Assembly: GCA_964016885.1 (NCBI GenBank)
Contig: OZ024740.1
Span: forward strand, 236,592,001-236,656,000
DNA from: Eledone cirrhosa
Lineage: Eukaryota
Length of the DNA: 64,000 bases
Reading direction: 5' to 3'
Numbering within the stretch: position 1 is the first letter of the stretch; the number at the start of each line of letters is the position of its first letter. The position numbers and the translations under genes are program-made. The notes under the pieces are model-generated. The model saw nothing but the letters and a program-made list of their open reading frames with translations. It did not search any database and was not told where the DNA came from. Of the stretch, positions 13,345-24,657 are shown one piece after another.

Positions 13345-13760
13345 ACACCGTCCCTCATCTCAGTACCTTTGTCTTCTCTAACATGTAACCCATTGTAAGA
13401 TCAGATCTTGTAAATATCATATCGCACCCATCACCCCCACCACCACCACCACCAAACACATCGCCATACATCCCTCATCTCGGTACCATTGTGTTCTCTG
13501 TCAGGTTTTAACTTGTAACACATCATAACATTCGATCATGTAAATATCATGTCGTACACATCACCCCACCACCACGACCACCACCAAACACATCGCCATA
13601 CATCCACCATCCCTCATTTCAGTACTTTTGTTTTCTCCGTGATTTCTCTGTCACTTTTTAACCTGTAACCCATCGTAACATTCGATCCTGTAAATATCAT
13701 GTCGCACCCATCACCCACACCACCACCACCAAGTACATTGCCATACTTCCACAGCCATCA
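13345..13760 (+). repeat. About 3 tandem copies of a 110-150-bp unit in the PLE 3' UTR
   Basis: ccctcatctcagtacc..gtaaatatcat.tcg.ac.catcacccccaccaccac repeated. Confidence 0.75.
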
Positions 13761-14279
13761 ACATCACCAACACATACCACACCTATCATCCCTCCCTAAA
13801 CAACGCATGTGTGTGTGTCTGTGTGTAAGTATGTTTGTACAACTGCCATCCCCACTGGCTATATATATGCACATGTGTATGTATATAATATATTTGTCAG
13901 GCTACGTGTGTATATATGTATCTCCTTATGGAATTGAGTCCCCTTAACAATCCACTACCACAAATATCACCCCACCATAAACACCGCAACCTTCCATCCT
14001 TATCATAAACAACAACACCACACCTACACCACACACAAAAATCAGCCACAACTACATGCAAAACTGTCTACCGACAACCAGCACCCCCACCTCGCCACTC
14101 ACTTCAACCTACAACCGGCGGCACCAACTTATCACCACACTTACCCACCCACATACACTACAGAAAAAAACATCACTTTGAATTAATCCACCAATCAAAA
14201 CAAACTTTACTGACCACCATAGGAACATCTGACTTTATCATACAGCATGTATATTCATTTTCCCATTAACATAATAAGG

Positions 14280-14364
14280 GGTCTGACGAGCCGTGGTTTA
14301 CAGAGTCAGGTCAGATCGATACAGATCGAACCTTGAGCTGATCAGTGGTGAAACGCGCGTCACC
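14280..14364 (+). ncRNA. Type I hammerhead ribozyme with palindromic stem III
   Basis: ggt-CUGACGA-gcc..ggt-GAAA-cgcgcg-UC-acc, followed by AATAAA. Confidence 0.82.
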
Positions 14365-14550
14365 AACCAATAAATGTAATGAAGGAGTAACCAATCGTCC
14401 TTGTTATCTTATTTCACTATAATACACTCTGTCTAGCTCTACACCTCGACACTGAAGTGAACCTAAACATAGAGTGCTCACCCGGGTGAAACTACAGTAA
14501 CTCCAAGTTACACTCCCTGCATATATATATATATATATATACACACACAC

Positions 14551-14625
<75 letters not shown>

Positions 14626-14727
14626 GTAATTCCATCGGAAAAGTCCAGGAAAAAAGAGTGCTCTATGTAGGCAACAGAGCTTAATTATTATTATTATTAT
14701 GTAATAAACAACATAAGGCAATTATTC

Positions 14728-14781
14728 CATTTACCTGTGGTTTCTTAAAAGCAAAAGGTTTTGCTTTCAATCCTCAGAATG
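14728..14781 (-). ncRNA. Type I hammerhead ribozyme (family A), intact
   Basis: catt-CUGAGGA-uugaaagcaaa accu uuugcuuuuaa-GAAA-cc aca gg-UA-aaug; 11-bp stem II, stem I extendable to about 7 bp. Confidence 0.85.
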
Positions 14782-15052
14782 AAAAAATCCTGGTTTGTTT
14801 ATTGAAATTGGATTTTAAAAAACAAAAATGCAATCTATATGAAAGTGAGGCTGGAGAAGGGAGAAGGAAAGGAAAAATAAAATAAAACTACACATGCAAA
14901 CACACACACAAAAACACAAAAGCATACTTACACACACATACATATATACATATATATATGTACGCATACATATATACATGTACACATATATATAAAACGT
15001 ACACTTACATACACATACACATATATACACATATACACATACATACATTCAT

Positions 15053-15145
<93 letters not shown>

Positions 15146-15558
15146 TACACATACATACACATACACATACACATGTGTGTGTACAAGCATACACATACAC
15201 AAACATAGCCATACACACACACATATACATACATGCATTCACACAAACATACAAAACGTACATACATACACATACATAAATGCACTCCTCTATATATTCA
15301 CACACGCAAATAAATATAAGAAAAAAAATATATATATATATTTTAAAAAAATGTTGACACCGTTACATGAGGCAGCTAACAGGACAGACACGCGTGGTAA
15401 GTAATACACACAAAAGCACGTATACATACGTACGAAATAGTAAACACATACACACACTCTCACGCATAAATATACATATACAAATACATAAACACATACA
15501 TACACAAACACGCGCACGTCTACAATATATACACACACACATGTATATGTAATTATAT

Positions 15559-15611
<53 letters not shown>

Positions 15612-15775
15612 AAAATATAAACGCACACACACATATACGTATACATACACACACATATACATACATAGCTAAACAATTATACACATGCAAATACGTATAT
15701 ATCATAAACACGCACAACCAAATACAAACACACACACACACACACACATACATATATATAAATACACACACATAT

Positions 15776-15844
<69 letters not shown>

Positions 15845-15893
15845 TAAACAAATAATGAATAAACAATTCCTTATATTAAACAAAAAAAGTTCA

Positions 15894-16040
15894 TTATTTA
15901 ACGATCGTTTCTAGGGCATATATGTGTTATAATTGGTATGCATATTCAACAGATCTATGTACAAAATTATACAAAATTATACAAATTATCAAGATTAAAT
16001 ATACATACCTAACACATATATACGCCGTCTTCAGAAATAA
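15894..16040 (-). ncRNA. Mirror copy of the type I hammerhead at 16044-16190
   Basis: Follows from the palindrome; tcttcag at 16028-16034. Confidence 0.68.
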
Positions 16041-16043
16041 AGA

Positions 16044-16190
16044 TTATTTCTGAAGACGGCGTATATATGTGTTAGGTATGTATATTTAATCTTGATAATT
16101 TGTATAATTTTGTATAATTTTGTACATAGATCTGTTGAATATGCATACCAATTATAACACATATATGCCCTAGAAACGATCGTTAAATAA
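16044..16190 (+). ncRNA. Type I hammerhead ribozyme with long stem II
   Basis: ttattt-CUGAAGA-c ggcgtatatatgtgtta..taacacatatatgcc cta-GAAA-cgaucg-UU-aaataa; base of stem II imperfect. Confidence 0.7.
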
Positions 16191-16379
16191 TGAACTTTTT
16201 TTGTTTAATATAAGGAATTGTTTATTCATTATTTGTTTAATATTTTATCTTGACTCTGTATACCGTTTATCTTTCACCGAAAGTGGTTTTTCATTACATC
16301 TCTTCTTTCCATGATATCCGGAATACATTGAGTTCTTCATACGGATTGGACACTACCGTAAACTCTTGGTAGATTTATC

Positions 16380-16429
<50 letters not shown>

Positions 16430-16499
16430 TATACGTACATATACACATATGCATACACATACACACACACACATATACATGTGTGTATGTGTAAAACTC

Positions 16500-17170
<671 letters not shown>

Positions 17171-17446
17171 TATTATGGACAGTTTAAGCGTACGGTGCAA
17201 CGTAAACAAGAAGTTTACGTTGGTGACGATTTTATTACTTCGCTTGTTTTGATGTGATAGTTTGATTTCGTAACGTTTGCCGGTTATACATTTAACTATA
17301 TCTTCGTTCCCTCTTTCATCATTTTCTTTCTTTCTCTCTCATTTCTATCTGTCCCCCTTCCTTTATTTATTTATCATTAATATTATTATTGATGTAGTAA
17401 TTTGAATTTTTAAGTTTACCGTTACGCATATATTTTATATTTCTTA

Positions 17447-17557
17447 ATAGTCTCTGATGAAATGATTGAACTTAGATGTATTGTAAATTGAGTTATACTG
17501 TCTCCAGTATTTAGCAATTTATAGACAATTCTATCATGGAAACAATTGTAAGACTGT
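17447..17557 (+). ncRNA. Type I hammerhead ribozyme with palindromic stem III
   Basis: atagtct-CUGAUGA-a auga..ucau g-GAAA-caauug-UA-agactgt, then AATAAA and (TA)n. Confidence 0.8.
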
Positions 17558-17606
17558 AAATAAATTTCCTTGTTTGTACTGTCAACCATGTTATTCTTCA
17601 CTTTTT

Positions 17607-17640
<34 letters not shown>

Positions 17641-17677
17641 TCAGAGCAAACATCACGGACGCTCTATCTCAAAATTA

Positions 17678-17713
17678 TTTTTGAAAAGCATTAGAAATGC
17701 GCAACCGGTAAAA
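17678..17713 (+). ncRNA. Second U3-A8 variant minimal hammerhead (A13 mutated to C)
   Basis: ttt-UUGAAAA-gcauu aga aaugc-GCAA-ccgg-UA-aaa, in a short island between (TA)n tracts. Confidence 0.5.
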
Positions 17714-17824
17714 CTTAAAACCAAAACTGAATACTAACCAATACAATTACTAATTCTCACTTATTCCTAATTAAACTATTTTTCACTGTGAACAATTTGT
17801 TAGCATTTTCTATTCCGTTTACCA

Positions 17825-17867
<43 letters not shown>

Positions 17868-17975
17868 TATACATATATATATATATACATATATATATAC
17901 ATATATATTTATACATATATATATAAATATATATGTATATACATATATATATAAATATATATATACAATATATAT

Positions 17976-18010
<35 letters not shown>

Positions 18011-18027
18011 CATATATACATACATAT

Positions 18028-19819
18028 ATCATCATCATCATCATCACCGTTTTACGTCCGTTCTTCCACGCTAGCATGGGTTAGACGGGTTGTCCTGTTG
18101 TGGGCAGTGTCTGGTCGGCTGACCATGCCTTGCTCATACAGGAACTGATCTGGCTTGATTTCTACAGCTGGATGCCCTTCCTAACACCAACCTCATTTAC
18201 AGTGAGTGCTGGGTGCTTTTTCGTGGCGCCTACACGTCCACTTTACAGTGTGGGCTGGGTGCTTTTTTGCCGTGGCACCTCCACGACCACCTTGCGGTGG
18301 GGGGAGTGGGGCCATATTGTTTATATGCTTCAGCATGTACCCATGGGAGGTCGGGTACCCTGTATTACCGTGTGACGCCAGAAGTCACGGTCATGTGTCA
18401 TGGACTTTGAGAGGTGTAGTTGGGTAAGGTCGGCTTTTATCACCTCATCCCAAGTCATCTTGGGTCTCCCCACTCCGCGGTTTCCATCAACTTCTAGTGC
18501 TCTGCACCTTTTTATGCAGCTGTCATCCTTCATACGCATCACATGTCCATACCAGCGTAACCGCCTCTCCTGCACGCAGCATTTGATTCCTCTTATGCTC
18601 AGTCTCTCTCTCAATTCCTTTATGCTTTGTCGTTCACGTATATTACTGTTACACATCCATCGGAGCATGCAGGCTTCGTTTCTCTCTAATCTACGTAAGT
18701 CTTCCACCTTCAGCGCCCAGGTCTCACTACCATGCAACATCGCTGTTCGGATACACGCATCATACAGTCTGCCTTTCATTCTGAGGGAGAAGCCTTTTGC
18801 AGCTAGCAGTGGTAGTAGTTCCCTAAACTTCTTCCATCCCGTTCTTACCCTAGTTATTGTACTTTCTGAGCACCCACCTCCGTTGCTAATTCGGTCACCT
18901 AGGTAGCAGAAGCTGTCTACTGTTTCTACAGGGCCCTCCCAGAGATTGGTGGTACTTGTTTCCTGTGGCTGTTTGCTGCTTGCTGTTTCAGCACAGCTGC
19001 TGCATGTGAATCCTACATTCTTAATTAAGCTTCCTGAGATCCCGCTACATCTCTTGTGTACCCATTGTTTGCATTTGGGGCAGAGAATGGAGTTCCTACC
19101 TACACCTTTCCTACATACTGAGCAAGGCCATTTCCCTGAGGGGATCTGGGTTCTGTTTTCTCGTCTACTTACAAGAACCTTAGTCTTTGTCATGTTGACT
19201 TTGAGGCCCTTTCTCTCTAGTCCCTGCTTCCAGGTTTGGAATTTATTCTCTAGTTCTACCATAGATTCAGCTATGAGTGCGAGGTCATCAGCATACAGGA
19301 GTTCCCATGGGCATCCGGTCTTAAACTCCTCCGTTATTGCCTGCAGGACTATGATGAACAGGAGAGGGCTAAGAACAGAGCCCTGGTGGACACCAACCTG
19401 TACGCTAAATTCCTCGCTATACTCATTGCTAATCCTAACTTTGCTGACTGCTCTCCTATACATGGCTTGTACCGCTTTCACAAGCCATTCATCTACTCCT
19501 AGTTTTCTAAGAGCCCACCAGATTACTGCACGTGGAACTCTGTCAAAGGCTTTCTCAAGGTCGACAAATGCCAAGTAAAGTGGCTTACTTTTAGCTAGGT
19601 ACTTTTCCTGTAATTGCCTCACAAGGAAGAGGGCATCAGTGGTGCCTTTCCCTGGTACAAACCCAAATTGCATCTCGTCTATATTCACCCGGTCCCTAAT
19701 CAGCTGTGCTATAACTCTTTCTGTTACTTTCATGACCTGGTCCATCAACTTCATACCTCTATAGTTTCCTCTATCTAGTGCATCGCCTTTACCTTTGTAG
19801 CAGTTGACAATGATGCTAC
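18028..19819 (-). mobile_element. Young 5'-truncated RTE-clade LINE with (GAT)n tail
   Basis: Uninterrupted ORF, about 300-bp 3' UTR, (ATC)n at 18028-18045; near-identical to 50413-51225 and 61442-62488. Confidence 0.95.
18330..19819 (-). CDS. RTE reverse transcriptase (5'-truncated) with PHD-type zinc finger after the RT core
   Basis: NYRGMKL, QFGFVPGKGTTDA, FVDLEKAFDRVPR, GVHQGSVLSPLLF, LLYADDL; then CSVC..CPKC..H..C..CSSC; then FCYLG, RRLRWYGHVMR. Confidence 0.92.
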
Positions 19820-19837
19820 ATATATATATATACATAC

Positions 19838-20179
19838 ATCAAAAGGTTGTGAGTTCAATTCTCAGACCTTGAGCAAGACGCTTTATTTCCTTGAGCAAGA
19901 CGCTTTATTTCACATTGCTCCAGTTTACTCAGCTGTAGAAATGAGATGATAGAACTGGGGTCACTATCATTCCACTGCAAAGTGGTCGTGGAGGTGCCAC
20001 GGCAAAAAAGCACCCAGCACTCACTGTAAAGTGGACGTGTAGGAGCCACGGGAAAAAAGCACCCAGCACTCACTGTAAATGAGGTTGGTGTTAGGAAGGG
20101 CATCCAGCTGTAGAAATCAAGCCAGAATCAGTTCCCGTCCCACCCTTGCAAGCAGGGAAAAGCGGACGTAAAATGATGA

Positions 20180-20182
<3 letters not shown>
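19838..20182 (+). mobile_element. tRNA-derived SINE carrying the RTE 3' UTR modules and (GAT)n tail
   Basis: B box gagttcaattc, duplicated ccttgagcaagacgctttattt, then sequence nearly identical to the RTE 3' UTR (gtggtcgtggaggtgccacggc..ggaagggcatccagctgtagaaatcaagccaga). Confidence 0.85.
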
Positions 20183-20210
<28 letters not shown>

Positions 20211-20216
<6 letters not shown>

Positions 20217-20772
20217 ATGTTGAAAAGGTAACACACTAGGGCAGTGAACCAGTGGTAGCTGAGGGATGAGCTGCTAGAAAGGGCAGCCCAAAAACCACTC
20301 AAAGAAGTGTGCTCAACCAAACAGCGAGAGAGAGGAAAGACTGTTATAACCCTCAGATACCACTGGTTCACTGCCCTAAACACGCTATGACATATCTCTG
20401 CCGCGTGTAGCTGGACGGTCGCTTTAGATTCTCTTAGAGTTGTCTGGAATGTATAGTCTTGCACGCGCTGATGAACCATAGGCTATTCCATTTCAGGCGA
20501 AACAGATCTCTTTGGATTTGTACGCGTGTGTTATATAGTTATAGAGGTGCGTATATACATTTTAATTTATATTTTTAATTATTGTGTGTCTACCCTGCCT
20601 TCCATAGATTATAGATTCCATACACTGGTGGTTTTCCCTGTTTTATTGATGGCACACTTTCTCTCTCTAGTGTGTTACCTTTTCAACATACTGTATTTTA
20701 AAGAGCTCAGGATTTCTTTTCCTTAGAGCACATTATTGACAGGGAATAACGAGAGTCTATGGCTCCGTTAAT
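20211..20772 (+). mobile_element. Non-coding HHR-bearing element (PLE pLTR-like) with inverted 5' segments
   Basis: 20216-20239 is the reverse complement of 20667-20690; 20237-20265 is inverted at 20350-20378; HHR inside; (TA)n on both sides. Confidence 0.7.
20461..20529 (+). ncRNA. Type I hammerhead ribozyme with full 7-bp stems I and III
   Basis: gcacgcg-CUGAUGA-acc..ggc-GAAA-cagaucu cuuu ggauuug-UA-cgcgugu. Confidence 0.82.
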
Positions 20773-20781
20773 ATATATATA

Positions 20782-22064
20782 CAGGGTGCAAACGATATTT
20801 GTTCACAAGATTACTGTCTAGGAAAAAATAACATTGTAGTTTTATTTTTTAAGATTTATTTATCAAACTTGGGTCAGTTTGTCTTCATGACTTGTTCTTT
20901 CGATCTCACTCGATAAACCCGCCATTGGCTTTGATGACGGCCTCAAAGCAGCCTCGGAACCGGCTACAGGCCTTCGTCACTGTCCCCCGACTTAGGCCCC
21001 TAAAGGCACTTGTGATCCTGGCCTTCAGATAGTCTTTCATATTGCGCTAGATCTGTTGGTGCCTCGTTCCACTGCGCCCCGCACAAAGAAGTCGAGGGGG
21101 TTGCAGTCAGGCAAGCTGGGAGGCCAGATGTCAGGTGAAGTGTGGTCGACGAAGTTCTCTGACAGCCAGGCTTGGGTCTTTCGGCTGGTATGGCAGGGCG
21201 CTGAGTCTTGCTGCCACACATACGGCCTACCTGCAGCTACCTGGTCGATCCAGGGCTTTATTACCTCGCTGAGAACGCGGATGTAGCCATCGGTGTTCAG
21301 CTTGAGGCCCTCAGGGAAAAAGTGAGGTGGCATGACGTCACCTTCACTGCTGACGACACCTAAGACCGATGTTGTCGCTGGAAACTTTGTCTGCATGACT
21401 CTGGGCACGTCTTTGGATGAGACAGCGAGCCACCTGTTGTTCTGGGAGTTGATCTTCTGGTCTTGGCAGAAGATTTTCTCGTCGGAGAAAAACCACAGCA
21501 TGTCTGGCTCCAGTGGGTGTTTCAACTTCTTTGCATGCTTCAGTCGCTTTTCTTGCATCGCCTTTGACAGAAAATGTCCTTTCCTCATTTTGTATGAAAC
21601 GTAGCGAATGTCTTCATGTACCACCAGCTTAATGAGCTTTTCATCCATGCTTTTCTCCCTTGCAATGGCATGCATCGACTTGCTAGGTTCATTGTTGATG
21701 AGATCCTGAACTTCAGCAATGAACTCGGGCGTTCTGAAGGCGTCAGATCGTCGATCATGTGTTTTCCTCTTTGATGTTGCTTCGTAGTCGAATCCTGAAT
21801 CTTCCAATTCATTTCTGACCTTTTCCACCATTCTCCTGCTGACGCTGAGAAAGTCTGAAATTTCCTTACTTGTCCTCCCGGCGTGGATTCCAAGAAGAAC
21901 TCCGTGTCTCTTCCACAAATTTGGAGGTTCAAAATTATTCATAATCAATTATTCTTAAAATAAATAATGGAAATATAGTCACTGTTTTTATGAAGACAAG
22001 AGTGACAACGGAAGCAAAAAAAATTTGCATAAAATTAGCAGTTGAAAATATCGTCCGCACCCTG
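20782..22064 (-). mobile_element. Tc1/mariner DD37D (maT) transposon
   Basis: Terminal inverted repeats (TIRs) cagggtgcaaacgatattt / aaatatcgtccgcaccctg inside (TA)n; transposase ORF within. Confidence 0.92.
21037..21948 (-). CDS. DD37D transposase (C-terminus frameshifted)
   Basis: [26 protein letters not shown]; 37 residues counted between the second and third Asp; N-terminal HTH. Confidence 0.88.
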   Translation of the reverse strand: MIMNNFEPPNLWKRHGVLLGIHAGRTSKEISDFLSVSRRMVEKVRNELEDSGFDYEATSKRKTHDRRSDAFRTPEFIAEVQDLINNEPSKSMHAIAREKSMDEKLIKLVVHEDIRYVSYKMRKGHFLSKAMQEKRLKHAKKLKHPLEPDMLWFFSDEKIFCQDQKINSQNNRWLAVSSKDVPRVMQTKFPATTSVLGVVSSEGDVMPPHFFPEGLKLNTDGYIRVLSEVIKPWIDQVAAGRPYVWQQDSAPCHTSRKTQAWLSENFVDHTSPDIWPPSLPDCNPLDFFVRGAVERGTNRSSAI

Positions 22065-22072
22065 TGTATATA

Positions 22073-22104
<32 letters not shown>

Positions 22105-22133
22105 CATATGTATATATATATATATACACATAC

Positions 22134-22166
<33 letters not shown>

Positions 22167-22334
22167 CACATGTACAGATATATAAACATATATATACATA
22201 TGTGTATATATACACATGTATATGTATCTATCTATCTATATATATAGATAGATAGATAGATGTATACACACACACACACATGTATATATATAAGCAGACA
22301 CTAAAACGATGATGCTGATGATGTGATGATATAT

Positions 22335-22465
22335 ATAATTCCACTCACAAGACATTGGTCAACCTAAGGCTATAGTAGAAGTCACTTGCCTAAGGTGCCA
22401 TGCAATATCTCTGAACTTTAAGATTCATAGTTCGCAAAGCAAATGCCTTAACCACATAGCCGTGT
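22335..22465 (-). mobile_element. Octopus OK-like tRNA SINE (copies also at about 48810-48940 -, 53190-53340 +, 60860-60990 -)
   Basis: ggctatgtggttaag..tggcaccttaggcaagtgacttctactatagcctt..gaccaatgtcttgtgagtgga; family name from memory. Confidence 0.65.
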
Positions 22466-23882
22466 TTGCATGTTTGTGACTTTACAATCAGTCTAAGTAT
22501 ATTTAATCAAACTATGCAGCATTTACTGGTGAGTGTGACACATTCATAGATTTTCATAAATACTTATTCTTCTTTTCAACAGTAAATACTGCTGGTCATA
22601 CTCAGAATGACTGTCAATAATTCTATTAACATTAGTGTAAACATTCCTAACATAAACATTTCCATTGTAAATATTTTTGGTCATATAACATGGAAGATAC
22701 AGAGAACTCTTAAGCTAAATTGAACATAAAGATTATTTCTGAAAATCAATATTTACTGGAAGGTTAAATAAAGGATTCTATATGAGATGGGGTTATATTA
22801 GTACTGTCAATGTTATTACTGACAAACAATCAATCATGCTATCCAGCAGATGCAATGATTACCTATTTCCCTCAGCTACCACTGAATATCAATAGAAATA
22901 AATGGAATGGTCAGTAGTAGTTTTAGTTTTATAACAGTACAGAATATTATATTAGAACATAAAAATAAGAGAGTTGCTGTTGATGTGATTGAAGAGAATC
23001 AACAAAAAGGATTTTGTTTATTCTTTATGCTTGAAGACATTGAAAGTAATTTCTTTATTCTAGAAATTCTAATGTGAATTGGATACATGTTCGATGGAAT
23101 ATATAACCAGCTATAAGAGACAGTTTGTTTAATATGTAGATGAAAGCAAAATAATAGATATAGTTAACTGGTTATAGCAGAACTCTTGGAAGCAAAGTTG
23201 TTGATAAAGACTGTGTTTTACCCAATTTCTTCAGTGACAACAAAGAATCTAGAAGCCTGATATTTTACGGATTATTATTAGATTATTGCTGAAAGGATTA
23301 GTTTAAACTTCTATTTCAATGACATTATCTTGTCAATATGTCATTTTCAATACAAGTGAAAAACAGATTTTTCAGTTCTTTACACTACCATTTCCTAACA
23401 TACAAAATAAACAATATATTACACCTAACTTTATAATTTTTTTTTTATTGATCATATATATAAATATATCCATACCCACACACTCTCCCACACATACCTC
23501 CTCCTTCACATACACATTCTCCTACTCATACCTCCTTTCTCACACATACATACATATATATCAACATCAACATTTAATATCAATATTTCCCACTATCACT
23601 AGCACTTCTTGTAATGTCTCTACACTAATATTTATGAAACCTACATAACTAGATAAAGGATGCTATGGTTAGACTAAGCTATATATTTAACACTTCCTTA
23701 GTTCACTACATAATTTTATTCTCTATTCAACCATTTAATCTTCTATTACAAGTTAAAACAATCCCCTGTAGCTCTATATACTTTTTTTTCATCACAGATA
23801 CAGTGACACATCAGCTGACAATTGTTGCCAACCAGACCCAACAAAAACAGGCTTTAAATGAAATAATAATTATTACACTAAC

Positions 23883-23959
23883 ATATAGTTTGTATACAAT
23901 AGTTCCTCGATCAAGAAGCTGTAGATTTTGCTCAGAAAGGTTAACTCCATAGATGCCAT
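23883..23959 (-). CDS. Candidate short exon of an unknown host gene
   Basis: tttttttcaatcag acceptor, AT|GTTAGT donor, two frames open (MASMELTFLSKIYSFLIEELLYTNY or DGIYGVNLSEQNLQLLDRGTIVYKLY). Confidence 0.25.
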
Positions 23960-24657
23960 CTGATTGAAAAAAATCCCGGAGTGCATTATGCAATGCAGAC
24001 AACATTGCAAAGTAGAAATCAATAAATGCACTCTTTTATAAGTCATTGCAGCATTAAAGGTTTCAAGTAACAGGTCCATCACTCAAAATGTATTAAAATA
24101 TTAAAGGCAATACACTGGGACAGTAGTAAAATCAAAGTACTCATATAAAGGCATTATGTAGCTGGATAAAAGAATTGCATTGTAGAGTTAGTCTTTGTAA
24201 ATAGTAAAATTCTCTTATTCTAATTGAAAGAGAGAAGAATGGAGTGGTTCTTGAAATATTTAAAGAGGAAATTGATTTTAGATCTCCAATTAAACATTGT
24301 AGAGAGATTCAGCTGTACAGCTCAACTGACAGTAAATATTATAGTAAGAGTAAATGAAACAAAATGAAAATAAAAAACATTTATTATGGAGTGGAGAGTA
24401 AGGATATCCGTAAAGAATTAAAAAATGTCTCAGTAAAATAAAGTAAAAAAGAGACTGGAATATATAATCATTAATTTAGTATTCCAACATGTTAGTCATA
24501 GAATTCCAATGGCAGTAGTAGAAAGTGAATGGCTAAGGAGAAAAAATTGTCAAATAAAAGTAGAAATTGGTTTTCTTATCTCCATATTTGTTTCATATTA
24601 TGTTATGTATGTCATTGAGAAAGGTTCATTTATGGATGAAGAAATAAGCTATAGAAA

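Larger units (their letters stand above)
12345..14520 (+). mobile_element. 5'-truncated Penelope-like element: C-terminal linker plus GIY-YIG, long 3' UTR with tandem repeats and HHR
   Basis: VTWYNAPYS..TNIPGTFFRALEQFFP, HKYHKLFNRHTVKLSFS, CNCKKWIECPLNGECL, YIGVTSTMFKERWYNHKSSF, CRLCLAE..INCRH; frameshifts; inserted between TA-rich microsatellites. Confidence 0.88.
15836..16248. repeat. Perfect palindrome: 205-bp arms, 3-nt spacer (16041-16043)
   Basis: 15836-16040 reads as the reverse complement of 16044-16248 with no mismatch seen. Confidence 0.92.

Noticed and set aside
18190-18300. Regularly spaced 38-bp units as a CRISPR-like array
   Set aside because: Degenerate tandem subrepeats of a LINE/SINE UTR in eukaryotic DNA, with no unique spacers or cas genes
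18400-19578. Long plus-strand ORFs (168 and 210 aa), repeated at 50382 and 61610
   Set aside because: Antisense shadows of the RTE ORF
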